Origin: Felis catus
Lineage: Eukaryota
Reading direction: 5' to 3'
Length of the DNA: 64,000 nt
NCBI RefSeq assembly: GCF_018350175.1
Contig: NC_058380.1
Span: 30,628,001 to 30,692,000 of the forward strand
A program made the position numbers and the translations under genes. How positions within the stretch are numbered: the stretch's first letter is position 1; each line of letters starts with the position of its first letter. Positions 13,541 through 25,443 of this stretch are shown one piece after another. Under the pieces are notes generated by a model. It did not search any database and was not told where the DNA came from. It was given only the letters and a program-made list of their open reading frames with translations.

Positions 13541-13754
13541 GGGGCACCTGGGTGGCTCAGTGGGTTAAGCATCGACTCTTGATTTCAGCCCGAGTCATGA
13601 TCTCATGGTTCATGGGTTTGAGCCCCGCATCAGGCTCTGCACTGACAGTGTGAAGCCTGCTTGGGATTCTCTCTCTCCCTCTCTCTCTGCCCCTTCCCCA
13701 CTTGTGCTCGCTCGCTCTCACTCACTGTCAAAATAAACTTTAAAAAAAATAAAA
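13541..13754 (+). mobile_element. Can-SINE
   Basis: ggggcacctgggtggctcag head. TSD taaaaagtatct(g/a)tttctc. Confidence 0.92.
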
Positions 13755-14815
13755 TAAAAAGTATCTATTTCTCTGTAAAATTAGTGTAAATAATTTTTGT
13801 TGATTTTTTAAAAAAATAAGAGCATAACAGAAATTTGGAAAGCATTAATCGCAGTAGAGAGTCACATCACCAGATATTTGTATTAACAGAGCAGTTACTC
13901 TATCTGTAGGTTATGCATCAATCAACTGGAAAACCCCCCAGCAACTACACTTAGGTATTACCTGAGATAAACTACACACAACAACGTAAAGTGGAATAAG
14001 CTGACAAACACATGTGACGTTTTCACTCTGCTACAGGGTAAGCGGGAACCAGCTACCTCTCACCTTGCAAACCAGGCCAATCACATGGCTTTGCAGAGCA
14101 ATGTTCTACAAATTCATACTTATTCTTGCCCATACAGCAGTTCACGTTTTTTGCGACTCCTCTTGAGTCCCAGTATTCCCAATGCAAATAATTGACAAGC
14201 CAGGCCTCTTATCTCCCAAACCACAAAATGCTTTGAACATAAATGTTCAACTCCAAGAAAAGAATCCATCAGTACAACTACGCACTATTGACACTTGGTT
14301 GTCTACCACTGACACACAACAAGCTTTCCAAATGATAGGCCTGCGGCCCTGCAACCTTCACAGACTCCTTTCCCATTGTCCCAGAGTTTGGCGCAGCCAT
14401 CTGAGGCACTGGTACAGTCTGGTCTTCCAGGCATGACAGGTGATGATCTATCAGGCCATGCTACGTCATCAGCCAACAGAGGTGAATGCCACCTGTACAA
14501 GTGGCCACCTCAAAAGAAAACTACAAGGATTATATCTGTTCACATCATTGTTACTGCCGAAAGCTTTTGTTTCTGTAAATTCCAAATTAATCAAGCAGGA
14601 TAAACTGAATATTCAGCTTTGGGTCTACAAATGCATTGGCAGATACCAGTAGTAACAATAAAGACTGTATCTTACGTAGAATATTAAAAAGAAAGGTGCT
14701 TGCCTGATAGAAATCATTTACTCACCCTGGGAAAAGTAATACAGTCATGAAGTGCCTGAGTATTATTAGCAATGACTCCACCCATTTAGAACTCCACCTA
14801 TTTGAAATACCTTTC

Positions 14816-15029
14816 GCGGCGCCTGGGTGGCGCAGTCGGTTAAGCGTCCTACTTCAGCCAGGTCACGATCTCGCGGTCCGTGAGTTCGAGCCCCGCGTCA
14901 GGCTCTGGGCTGATGGCTCAGAGCCTGGAGCCTGTTTCCGATTCTGTGTCTCCCTCTCTCTCTGCCCCTCCCCCGTTCATGCTCTGTCTCTCTCTGTCCC
15001 AAAAATAAATAAATGTTGAAAAAAAAAAA
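14816..15029 (+). mobile_element. Young felid Can-SINE (CpG-rich)
   Basis: cgcagtcggttaagcg...tcacgatctcgcggtccgtgagttcg. Perfect TSD tttgaaatacctttc (14801-14815 / 15030-15044). Confidence 0.95.
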
Positions 15030-16375
15030 TTTGAAATACCTTTCCCACTCGGAATAGTTTGAAAGGAATAAATCTGTGCAGTGCATGATGATCAAGTCAG
15101 AATATGCAAAAATCTAAGCTTACTAAAAGGAATAAAGGAAAAAAAAAAACAAAAAGATCATCTATGTCAGAAATATAGCTTATCTATGTAATAATAAGCT
15201 TGTATTGATAAGATAGTCAAGAAAATGTCATACATAGGAACATGTTAAGCAGCCTTTCCTTACTTTTGAAAAGAATAGTCTGCTGGATTTTTAAGTCCTT
15301 CCTAAGCCATCTGAAGATACTCCATGAAGCCACAAATTATGAGAGTTGGTTGAAATGGAATTCCACTTTGGAGGAGATCCTAGAAGGAACTTTCATATTC
15401 TTTTACAACTCCCAAGTCCAAGTTGGAACAAGAGAATAAATTCTTGAAATATGAGCTAAAGGAAGAATTTCAGAGAAAAAAGAACACACCCTCCTTCCTA
15501 TGTTTGGTGTCAACTGTAAGGTGTTCCCCAGGAAAGCTTCCTGCCACAGTCTCTTCGCTGTTATGGTATTCATGAAGGATAAAAGATATTAAGAGAATGC
15601 AAATTCTGCAATATTAACCTAATAAGGGCATTTTGATTACTTTTGGGAAAGAAGGAAAGTGGGAGGAAGTAAGCATAGAGATTGTCATGCAGAAATACAA
15701 GGCTGAACAAGGGAATCCCGTCTTCTCTGCTGTCCCATTTCCATTTAACATCATTCCTGAAAACTGTACTAACTCTAGAGGGGAGGACATGAAACGAAGC
15801 AGAGGAGAAGATTCTGCTTCCTCAAGACAGAAGACTTCGCAGAGAAGCAGTTGCTGGCTGAGGGCAATGGCAGAGTCAGAGGTGAAACACGATGCAATGC
15901 TCACTAGACCTCACAGCTACAAAAGCAAATCTCTATCAACAGCAGAAAATCAGCAGGCAAATTCTTTTCGCTACATTGAAAAGGATATGCTAAAGACATT
16001 TACTCTAGAAAACAAGGGAAAACTGACTAAATGAAAACCACCCCAATTATCCCAAACTCACTAAATATTTTTGATAGGGAAAAGAAACTATTCCAGTGAC
16101 TTCATAAATTGCCACTGCAAAAAATCTGTTAAGAGTAATAAGCACAACCTAAAATTTTTAACATCCCTACATGAAAGGATCAGGGAAGACCTCCTCCCGC
16201 CACCATCCCATTAATTGAGAAGTTTCAGAAAAAGAACCTTTGAAAAGAGGCAAACCAATAAAGCTAGGAGAGCTGACAGTGAGAAAAACATGCATCATGA
16301 GAAACACACTGGCCACCAGAGGGGACCACGTAGAGAAATGGAATGGGACACTTACACAGCAGCTATTTGTCAAAG

Positions 16376-16590
16376 NNNNNNNNNNNNNNNNNNNNNNNNN
16401 NNNNNNNNNNNNNNNNNNNNNNNNNNNNNNNNNNNNNNNNNNNNNNNNNNNNNNNNNNNNNNNNNNNNNNNNNNNNNNNNNNNNNNNNNNNNNNNNNNNN
16501 NNNNNNNNNNNNNNNNNNNNNNNNNNNNNNNNNNNNNNNNNNNNNNNNNNNNNNNNNNNNNNNNNNNNNNNNNNNNNNNNNNNNNNNNNN
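16376..16590. other. Assembly gap (215 N) in CDC14B intron 12
   Basis: Run of N in non-repetitive-looking flanks. Confidence 0.95.
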
Positions 16591-17253
16591 TAGACACCCT
16601 ATGATAGATACAAAGGGGTGGGAAACAAGGATGGAGTCTTGCTATTTTGTGCTGGGGGAGAAAATGCTACCTTCAGTTTTCAGCTGATTGGGTATTTGGT
16701 AACAAAAGGTTAGACCCGATCTCTAACCTCTAATCTCATGGGGGATAACTGCCCCATGTTAACTTAACTGTGTGATACGGAAATCAGAGTTGTAGTTACA
16801 TGACTGAAATTCTTCAAAAAGCACATGATATGCACACACAGAAAACTAAACCAAACCAGAGAAAAAGGAGGGAGACCTAACCAACCAACAATAACAAGAG
16901 GCTATGGCCTGATAATTAACAATGATTCAGAGAAGGCACAATTATAAATGAACACTGCATAGCAGATGTGATCTAACTTCCATGGAGTCATATGCTGGAT
17001 CATCTGGGAGCTAAGGCAAACTGCGTATTCTGCATATAAGGCATAAAGAAGCACGTCCAACCCTGGGCAACACAAAATGAGGGCAATTTCCCCCATGTAT
17101 TAACACCANNNNNNNNNNNNNNNNNNNNNNNNNNNNNNNNNNNNNNNNNNNNNNNNNNNNNNNNNNNNNNNNNNNNNNNNNNNNNNNNNNNNNNNNNNNN
17201 NNNNNNNNNNNNNNNNNNNNNNNNNNNNNNNNNNNNNNNNNNNNNNNNNNNNN

Positions 17254-17403
17254 GGAGGGGCAGAGAGGGAGACAGAACCCGAAGCAGGCTCCAGGGTCTA
17301 AACTGTCAGCACGGAGCCCAATGTAGGGTTTGAACCCATAAACTGTGAGATCATGACCTAAGCTGAAGTGGGACACTCAACAACTGAGCCACCCAGGAAC
17401 CCC
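17254..17403 (-). mobile_element. Can-SINE, tail lost in N gap
   Basis: Reverse-complement SINE head and body abutting gap 17109-17253. Confidence 0.88.
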
Positions 17404-18500
17404 TCCTTCATTGTTTTCTTCATTCGTTTTCCTCCTGTGGCCAAACTGAGCTTTCAGCTCAGGATTTCTTAACCCAGCGGTCTAGTTTTTGGCAGTGAAG
17501 AAGGAAACCTCACAGTTGGAAGAGTGGTATTCCAGCTACTATAGTTCCAACTGGTCACCTGGACACATCTGTGACCAAATATAAAAGGCTCTATTATTGA
17601 GCATTCACTTTGTGCAAAGTACTGCATGAATCAAGTCATAAATGATTGGTCTGGCTTACTAGGCCATTTTTACTGGTGTCCTTGTCATCTGAATCATTGA
17701 ACACTATGTGTCAGGCACCCTGGTATGGTGTCTAGCAACAAGGGATTACACTAAGGATGAACCTGAAATCAAATCTAATCTCACCCTGCAAGTTACACCT
17801 AGTACCAGCTCATGTACTCCTCCCACAAAAACACAAACCTACTAATAAATGTTAAGATTGAAGGGGCTTAGTATCTAGACAGAACAGAATAAATGGCCCA
17901 GGAATACTAGAGAACTCTCCATCCACCCCAACTTTCATTTGCAGTTACTGATTTAACAGTTATCTTAACGGCAGAATGGCCAAAATATCCAAGTGTCCAC
18001 ATTACAGATTTTTCACTGTTCCTCTAATAAAGCTCCTGGCATAAGAATTATTTCCCAATGATGAAACACACACTCATCCACACTGTGCTATTAAAGAGGA
18101 TTTGAGGCAAATTAGATCCATATTTTCACCTTATTCCCAGGTAGAGTACACTTCATTCTTTATGTACCATTTCATTTAACCCCAACAAACCTAGCAGAAA
18201 TCATCACTATGCAGAAAAGACAGGCAGCATGGATGAAATTATAAAATCTACCAAATCTATTTTAGCACAGACAGTAATATACGTGCCATCATGTCCTGCA
18301 GATCACTTCAAGGTCATGGCGCTACATGATTTACTGTTTTCGTGGCAGTTGGGATCAGACAGACTCCCTGAGAAAAGGACTATTTTACAATATCTAACAA
18401 TTTTAACCCTCCCCCAAATACTGTTTGTAAAATAGAAAACAGTAATTGGAATGCTATTTTGTGTACTATAAACTTGCTCTTAAGAATCACCAGCACTGGA

Positions 18501-18723
18501 GGGGCACCTGGGTGGCTCAGTTGGTTGAACATCCGACTTCTGTTCAGGTCATGATCTCATGGCTCCATGAGCTCAAGCCCCGCGTCGGGCTCTGTGCTGA
18601 CAGCTCAGAGCCTGAAGCCTGCTTCAGATTCTGTGTCTCCTTCTCTCTCTGCCCCTCCCCTGCTCACGCTTTGTCTCACTCTGTTTCTCAAAAATAAATA
18701 AATGTAAAAAAAAAAAAAAAAAA
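18501..18723 (+). mobile_element. Can-SINE
   Basis: 18-bp TSD aagaatcaccagcactgg (18482-18499 / 18724-18741). Confidence 0.93.
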
Positions 18724-18739
18724 AAGAATCACCAGCACT

Positions 18740-18951
18740 GGGGCTCCTGGGTGTGGCATCTGACTTCAGCTCAGGTCGTGATCTCAAGGTTCCTGAGTTC
18801 CAGCCCCACGTGTTGGGCTCTGTGCAGACAGCTTAGAGCCTGGAGCCTGCTTTGGATTCTGTATCTCCCTCTCTCTCTCTCCCTCCCTCCCCCGCTCAGG
18901 CTCTGTCTTTCTCTCTCAAAAATAAATACACATTAAAAAAAAACTTTAAAA
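18740..18951 (+). mobile_element. Can-SINE with internal deletion in the head, tandem with the previous copy
   Basis: ggggctcctgggtg...gacttcagctcaggtcgtgatctc, CT tract, A tail. Confidence 0.88.
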
Positions 18952-19366
18952 ATCTTATATTCATTCACCCAAGTATTTTCATTCATCTAAGTACCAACAG
19001 TGAAGCAAAATAGGTTACCCACAAGTGATAAAGGAGTCAAAATCAGGAGGCAAGGACTGAATTTAGATTTCTCAACCCAAGCTGCTGTTCAAAAACTCTA
19101 TCTTAGGAAACTTTTATTTCTAAAGTAACAACAAACACTTGGGAGGGAAAGGAAATCCCTAAGTGACCTCTTCTTCTAGGACCAAAAGAACTACAAATAC
19201 GACAATAAAAGAGGATTCTAATAGCAAGGAGGGTCTGAAAAAGCAGAGAAAGGGTAAGTAAAATGTTGTAAAGAAGGAAGGGAAATCTAAAACCCCCCAG
19301 GGTTTTTACACTTAAGAGCTTAAAAGGATTTTAACATTTTGTCTTTTCCTTTAAAAGTGTGGACTA

Positions 19367-19595
19367 GGAGCCCCTGGGTGGCTCAGTTAACTGGATAAGC
19401 ATCCAACTTCAGCTCAGGTCCGGATCTCAAGGTTCCTGCGTTCAGGCCATGTGTAGGGCTCTATGCTGACTGCTCAGAACATGGAACCTGCCTCAGATTC
19501 TCTGTCTCCCTCTCTTTCTTTGTCCCTCCCCTGCTTGCACTCTCTCTCAAAATAAATAAAAAAACATTTAAAAAAGTAAAATAAAATAAAATAAA
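19367..19595 (+). mobile_element. Can-SINE (diverged)
   Basis: cctgggtggctcag head, CT tract, (TAAAA)n tail. Confidence 0.88.
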
Positions 19596-20277
19596 CTGTG
19601 GCCTAAGAGCCTGTTGATTATGTGTATGGGAGGGGGACAGTTTGGGGGCTATTCTACTGTTTTAAGGGTTACAATTACAGGAACTTGAACTAGTGCTTTA
19701 TTTATTTTAACTTTTACCATTTTCCTTGGTTTATAAATTAGGCTAAGTGCTTCAGGGAAAAGGGCCAGCCATGTCCTTTATTTCTTTTGTGGGTAAGGTG
19801 GGGGGTAACTCTGTAACTAGCATGTGATAGCAGAGGCTGGTCTTTCCTTCAACCATCACTGACTTTGCTCAGCTTTCACCCTGGAGAACCTCACACACCA
19901 AACTGAATGTAATCACACCTAGTGTCACCTGCTGGTTTCCAGTAGTATTTAGAATTTTAGTCTTCGTTCATGGTTTTCTTTTATATTACCACAAACCTAT
20001 CAGCTATGAAAGAGCCTTATCGTCTCATCTGTAGAAAAGAAAACAAGTGACGTGAACCTTCTGGAACACATATTCACAAGGGAGCGGACTCAGAGTAACT
20101 AAAGGAAATTTCCTATAAGCCCTATTTAACCAGAACTTTAGACAAAGCAGAATTCCCATCCCGACTCCCAACTTGCCTTCTGATCAGAAGTTACTGAGAA
20201 ATAAACTGATGCTGCAGATTTGTAAAAACAAAACACCTAGGCATGACTAAAAGCAACCCACAAATCACCCATTTTCT

Positions 20278-20440
20278 AGGGTTTGCGACTCAAAGTGTGG
20301 TCCCTGGACCAGCAGTGCCTCAAAACCTGGAAGCTTGCTAGAAATGCAGAATCACAGACCAGGCCCAATAACCATAATCTGCATTTTCACAAGCTCCCAG
20401 GAGACTCAAATGCACAGTGAAGTCTGAGCAATGCTCCAGG
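20278..20440. mobile_element. MER5A-like hAT DNA transposon
   Basis: ctcaaagtgtggtccctggaccagcag...gaaatgcagaatc...aatctgcatttt. Confidence 0.78.
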
Positions 20441-21680
20441 GCACTACCTATTTCCTCTACCATGTCTCTTACCGCTTCAGGATGATTATCTGGAGGGACT
20501 ACAATATTTCTAAATAAAAAGAAACAGTCAGGCCTTAGATGAAGACAACAAAATTAATAACAAAATGGCATTTGAAGTTAAATAAATTATATAAAGTGCA
20601 CTATTCTTAAAGCTTCTTCAGTTTTGTGATGCACCACTAAGCTGCAAAGAATGCTTAGTAAATACCTACAATCAATACTTGACGCCTCTCATTCACATGG
20701 CCCTTTTTTGAAAAACCCCATTCTTTTCTTTGGGTCTTTTAAGAACCTCCCAAGGCCGTGAGTAGCCTATGAGGACACATGCGTTCTGTGTAATTCTAGT
20801 TTATATAACAAGGAGATGCCAGTGAAGACGCACTGTTAATTAAAAAGAAGGCCTGTTCTTCTCTACCATGAACATTTATGATGCCATCAGGTCCTTACCA
20901 TATTGTAAGATGCTGACTAATAAACAAGGTGACTTATCTCCATTCTCCATCACCAAAAAACATAAATGGAAATGTGATAGCCCACACTGAAAAGGAAGAA
21001 ATCCAACAGCCTAGATTACAGCATCTACGAAAGAATATCCTAGAAAAAAAGTGTAATGACCAAGTTTTTTAACTCTACATATTTCTCTAACAATCTGGGA
21101 TATTCCATAAGATTGAATCCCAACTAACAACTTACACAACCAAGTACATGTGGACATACACACACTAACTATAAAACTTCCTACCTCCATACTAAACCTT
21201 CTTCTATAACTTGAAAATAGTTCAACTAAAAATTAAGACAAAAATAATCATTTAATCTAGTTCATTGTTACCCTAAAATATGACATTAAGCCACAATGTC
21301 ATCACAGATTAAATTCTACCATATCCAAATAAACTGCCTATAATATGGTAGTGAATTTAAGGAAATTCACAATTTTAATAACTATGGACAAATCTGTCAT
21401 TCTGTGGTTTTACATCTGCTGCCACTCTCCTGAGGATGTCACGTGGTGACTATCCATAGGGAAAACGCTTTCCTTTCTATACAGGCTAGTGAGGTTACAA
21501 TAGAAGATGGAGATAAAGTATGGCCAAGAGCTTCTTGGGCAACATCCCTGGATTTTAAATAATGTAAATAAGCATTTCAAAGTGGCATAATGGGCATGCA
21601 ACTATTGAGAAAAACATACAAGATAAAGTGCTCATGTACATATTAAATAACATCAACCACACAAAGGAAACCAGACTCAC

Positions 21681-21778
21681 GTGAGGGGAATAGCGTTTGT
21701 TTTTGACTGTCTTCTGCTTTTCAGGGCACGAAGTCTATCACCTTGTGTCACTCCATGGATTTCGTCATCATCACTGTA
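21681..21778 (-). CDS. CDC14B: CDC14B exon 12 (98 nt), [32 protein letters not shown](T)
   Basis: cttatacag| acceptor, AC|gtgagt donor, conserved [10 protein letters not shown]. Confidence 0.97.
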
Positions 21779-22512
21779 CTGTATAAGTAGAGAGACACTA
21801 AGCTAGTGACTTCAGTTGCACTTATTAAGGCAAAAAAGCATAGCAGCTATGTTTACCCAGACAGACACATACAAATGAACTGCTGAACTCTACAGTGTTT
21901 TGCTGGTTTCAAAAATAAACACGGGTCACATTTCAAGACAACCAAAAGTTGACATTCACAGACACAGAACCCAACAGCACTCCTGTTATAAAACATACTG
22001 ACAGTGAAGAGGCATGATGGGTTTCCAATAATGAAAACATTCTTTGTAAAATTTCACAATCCACTCACCACCACTTAATATAGTACCACTACCCCTAAAC
22101 TCTTGCTTGGTTCTTTATAAACTTTTCCATTTGCGAACAACTAGTTCCCTAAATCAACAGTCATGAAATGGAAAAAACACCGGGTTGGGGGTGCAGGTGC
22201 ACGGGGAAGTGTCATTAGGTCCATCTAAAGGGCTTCCTTCACATACCTCTTTTTACCACCAGTGCCTAGTGAGTAAATAAACAAAAAGACAAAAAATAAA
22301 AAAAAACCTTCCATTTTATGGCCATATGACCTTATTTTAATTATTTTGAGTAAAAGTTTCCTAGAGGGAGCTGTAAGTATTAAAAAAATGTGTGACGATA
22401 ATCCCTCAAAAACGTGCTTTATTATTTTTATCTACAATTTCCCCCATACCCTATATGGTCCTCAACAGCACCGAAAACAATGACAACAGCATGATAGGGA
22501 TGGGTCGATTAC

Positions 22513-22672
22513 CAGTTCAGGTTCTTGCTTGTCTTGATTCTCGACCCCATTGATTGAAATGTCATCAACAGCCAAGAGGAGTTTTGAGACAGCTGCTCTG
22601 TGTTTTCCATTCTCCTGACCCCTTAACTTTTGACGAAAATAGTCACCTTCCAACCAGAGGCTTGCCTGTTTC
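22513..22672 (-). CDS. CDC14B: CDC14B exon 11 (160 nt), [22 protein letters not shown]...NQDKQEPEL
   Basis: Core of ORF 22462..22728. tgctctag| acceptor, CTG|gtaatc donor. Confidence 0.97.
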
Positions 22673-22835
22673 CTAGAGCATTTAAATAACATCAAAACAC
22701 AGCTTTCCAGAAGGACATATGCAAACAACTTTCTCCTACTAGACTATCTGTTGTTAGTGACTAAGAAAAACTCTACTTCCTATCATTTGCCAGGCCCATG
22801 TGTTCCCTCAGGAATTACAAAAGCTCTCTACTTAC

Positions 22836-22974
22836 ATCACCAAAAACTGTTGCTGAGGCCCAATCACTGAGCCAGGTCTGCAGATTCTGACCCAAGCAAT
22901 GGTCTCGGCTGCTGTCATCCTGTAATGCTTCATGATGTAGCAGGCTATTAGAGTGCCCGTTCGTCCAAGGCCAG
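22836..22974 (-). CDS. CDC14B: CDC14B exon 10 (139 nt), (A)[45 protein letters not shown](M)
   Basis: tgtttctag| acceptor, AT|gtaagt donor. Completes the CX5R motif HCKAGLGRT. Confidence 0.98.
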
Positions 22975-23074
22975 CTAGAAACAGAAACAAACCAAACGGA
23001 CCTGGTCTCATGTACTCCAGAATTTTGTAGGGGAGGTAGAATTTTTCTTAAAAGGTTTCTGCTTCCCCACTCAA

Positions 23075-23231
23075 CAGTGGTTCTCAAGTTTGGATGCACA
23101 TGGCAATCACCTGAAGAGTGTTAAAAAATACTGGAGAATTCTGATTTAATTGGTATGTGAGACAGCCTGGACATGGAGACTCCTAAAATCCCCCCCAGAT
23201 GATTCTACATAGTCAACACTGAAAATCACTT
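23075..23231. mobile_element. MER5-like hAT DNA transposon
   Basis: cagtggttctcaa...aatcacctg...ttctgatttaattggt...ccagatgattct. Confidence 0.72.
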
Positions 23232-23377
23232 TCTAAGCAAGACTGTTAGTACTGCTTTCTACTCTGAGTTTTCTGTTCATGGTAGCATCATCTTTCCAAA
23301 CACACGGGCTTAGAATCTTACACTTTCTCCCCTAACAGTTTTTTTCTACGCTATTTCTATTCCTATTTTCACATGGA

Positions 23378-23444
23378 TTTTTAAAAAATTTTTTTAAAAA
23401 TGTTTGTTTTTGAGAGAGAGACAGAGCGCACAAGTAGGAGAGGA

Positions 23445-23491
<47 letters not shown>

Positions 23492-23622
23492 CAGAATCCG
23501 AAGCAGGCTCCAGGCTCTGAGTGGTCAGCACAGAGCCCGATGCAGGGCTTGAACTCACAAACCGTGAGCTCATGACCCGAACCAAAGTTGGATGCTTAAC
23601 CAACTAAACCACCCAGGCACCC
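23378..23622 (-). mobile_element. Can-SINE carrying (AG)20 microsatellite
   Basis: Reverse-complement SINE with an expanded CT tract at 23447-23486. Confidence 0.92.
23447..23486. repeat. (AG)20 microsatellite
   Basis: Perfect dinucleotide run. Confidence 0.95.
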
Positions 23623-23697
23623 TCATATAGATTTCTTTTTTAACTCTATTCCTGCTATCCTTTTTTTACTACCATCCAGACTACTATCATTACCTGC

Positions 23698-24056
23698 TGT
23701 GATGGTTAATTTTGTAGGTCAGTCTGGCAGGTGTATTTGGATGACACTGCCATTTAGATTGCTGGACTATGAGTAAGTAGATTACCCTCCATAATGTGGG
23801 TGGGCCTCACCCAATCAGTTGATGGTCTGAAGAGAACAAAGGTCATCTTCCCCAAGCTAGAGAGAATTCCCTAGCAGTATGCTTTCAGACCTCAGCTGCA
23901 CCATAAGTTCTCCCAAGTGTCCAGTCTGTCACCTCATATGGCAGATTTTGTATTTGCTAGCCTTCAATTCACCCAAGCCAATTCTTTACAATTAATCTTT
24001 TTCTATATATACACATGCCATTGCTTCTGTTTCTCTAGAAAACCCTTGCTTATACA
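23698..24056 (+). mobile_element. ERVL LTR (MLT2-like)
   Basis: tgtgatggttaatttt start, ccctccataatgtgggtgggcctcacccaatcagttga, ...tctgtttctctagaaaaccc...taca end. Confidence 0.78.
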
Positions 24057-25443
24057 GATTCTGGTACTGTGAAGTGGTGTGTTACAGTGACAATATATAA
24101 AAATGTGTAAGTGGCTTTGGAGTTGTAATTGTAAAAGCTCTGGAAGTTTTAAAGCACAATGTTAGCAAAACCCTAGATTGCCTTGAAGGGACTGTTGGTA
24201 GGAATATGGGCATTAACAGTGACTCTGGCTCTGGCTCTGGCTCAGATGGGAATGAGGAACATGTTATTGGAAACCAGAAGAAAGNNNNNNNNNNNNNNNN
24301 NNNNNNNNNNNNNNNNNNNNNNNNNNNNNNNNNNNNNNNNNNNNNNNNNNNNNNNNNNNNNNNNNNNNNNNNNNNNNNNNNNNNNNNNNNNNNNNNNNNN
24401 NNNNNNNNNNNNNNNNNNNNNNNNNNNNNNNTTTATTGCTTTATGGAAGGTAGAAGTTGTGAGTGACAACCCTGGATATTTAGCAAAAGAGATTTGTAAG
24501 TCAAGTATTGAAAGTACAGCCTGGTTTCTCCTTACTGATTATAGTAAAATGTGAGAGAAGACAAATCAACTGAAGAAGGAATGGTTAAGCAAAACAGAAA
24601 CTAAACATTTAGAAAATTCTAGGCCTATCCATATTGCAGAGTGAGAAGGTGTGCTCTAGAGAGATCTGTATAGTTAACGATCTATTCCATAAAGTGATTA
24701 CCTATGGATTTAATCAGCCATTTCAGCAGAAGCCAAAAATAGTGATGGGATTGATTATACCAGCAGACACACTGCCAGGATGAAACAAAGGGGATACATA
24801 CAGGATGAAATAAAGGCTTTCAAATTCCTGGGGTTCTAAACAGGACTAACAGAAACATCTCACTAAAAACATATCTCATGTTTCTCTTCAAGAAAAGAGA
24901 AACATACCCCCGAGGGGCCAACAGGGCTGTCACTGCCACCATAAGCCCAGGGGCAAGGCTGTCTACTCCTGAGTTTCAGAGGGTGGGGGTCACCTCTGTG
25001 GTCAGTGGCCAGGCTGTTTCTGCCCGAGCTCAGGGACAGGGCTGATACCCCAGTGGGCCTGCATGACAGAGAATGGAGCCAGAGCATTATTTCTGAGCCT
25101 TAACATCTAACAGCATTTGCCTTGCCAGGTTTTGGACTTGCTTGGGACCTGTCAAGCCCTTTCTTTTTTCTGATTTCTGTCATTTGGAATGGGAACATCT
25201 ACCCTATGCACGTCCCACTACTGCATTTTAGATGCACTTAACTTGCCAGGTTCCACAAGTTCACAGACCGGGAGGAATTCTGCCTCAGGATGAATTGTAC
25301 CTAGAGTGTCACCCATTACATGACTTAGAGGACATTTAGATGAGACTTTGGATCTGGAACTGATGTTGGAATGAGTTAAGTCTTTGGAGGCTGCTGGGAT
25401 TTTACATGCAAAAACATGAATGCTGGGGACCCAGCAAACACAA
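24057..25443 (+). mobile_element. MaLR-like internal sequence (contains N gap)
   Basis: Begins gattctggtac, contains aatgtgtaagtggctttgga, ends tgagactttgga...ggaatgagttaag as in MLT/MST internal consensus. Confidence 0.68.

Noticed and set aside
15264-15310. Possible 47-nt cryptic exon (ttcag|ATGGCTTAGG...TTCAAAA|gtaagg)
   Set aside because: Weak pyrimidine tract with an upstream AG and no homology support
16311-16324. 14-mer ggccaccagagggg identical to 57019-57032, CTCF-like
   Set aside because: Lacks the conserved C of the GGC core. A single 14-mer match in 64 kb is compatible with chance.
16215-16687. ORFs containing long X runs (also near 17011, 24183, 55437)
   Set aside because: Artefacts of translating N gaps
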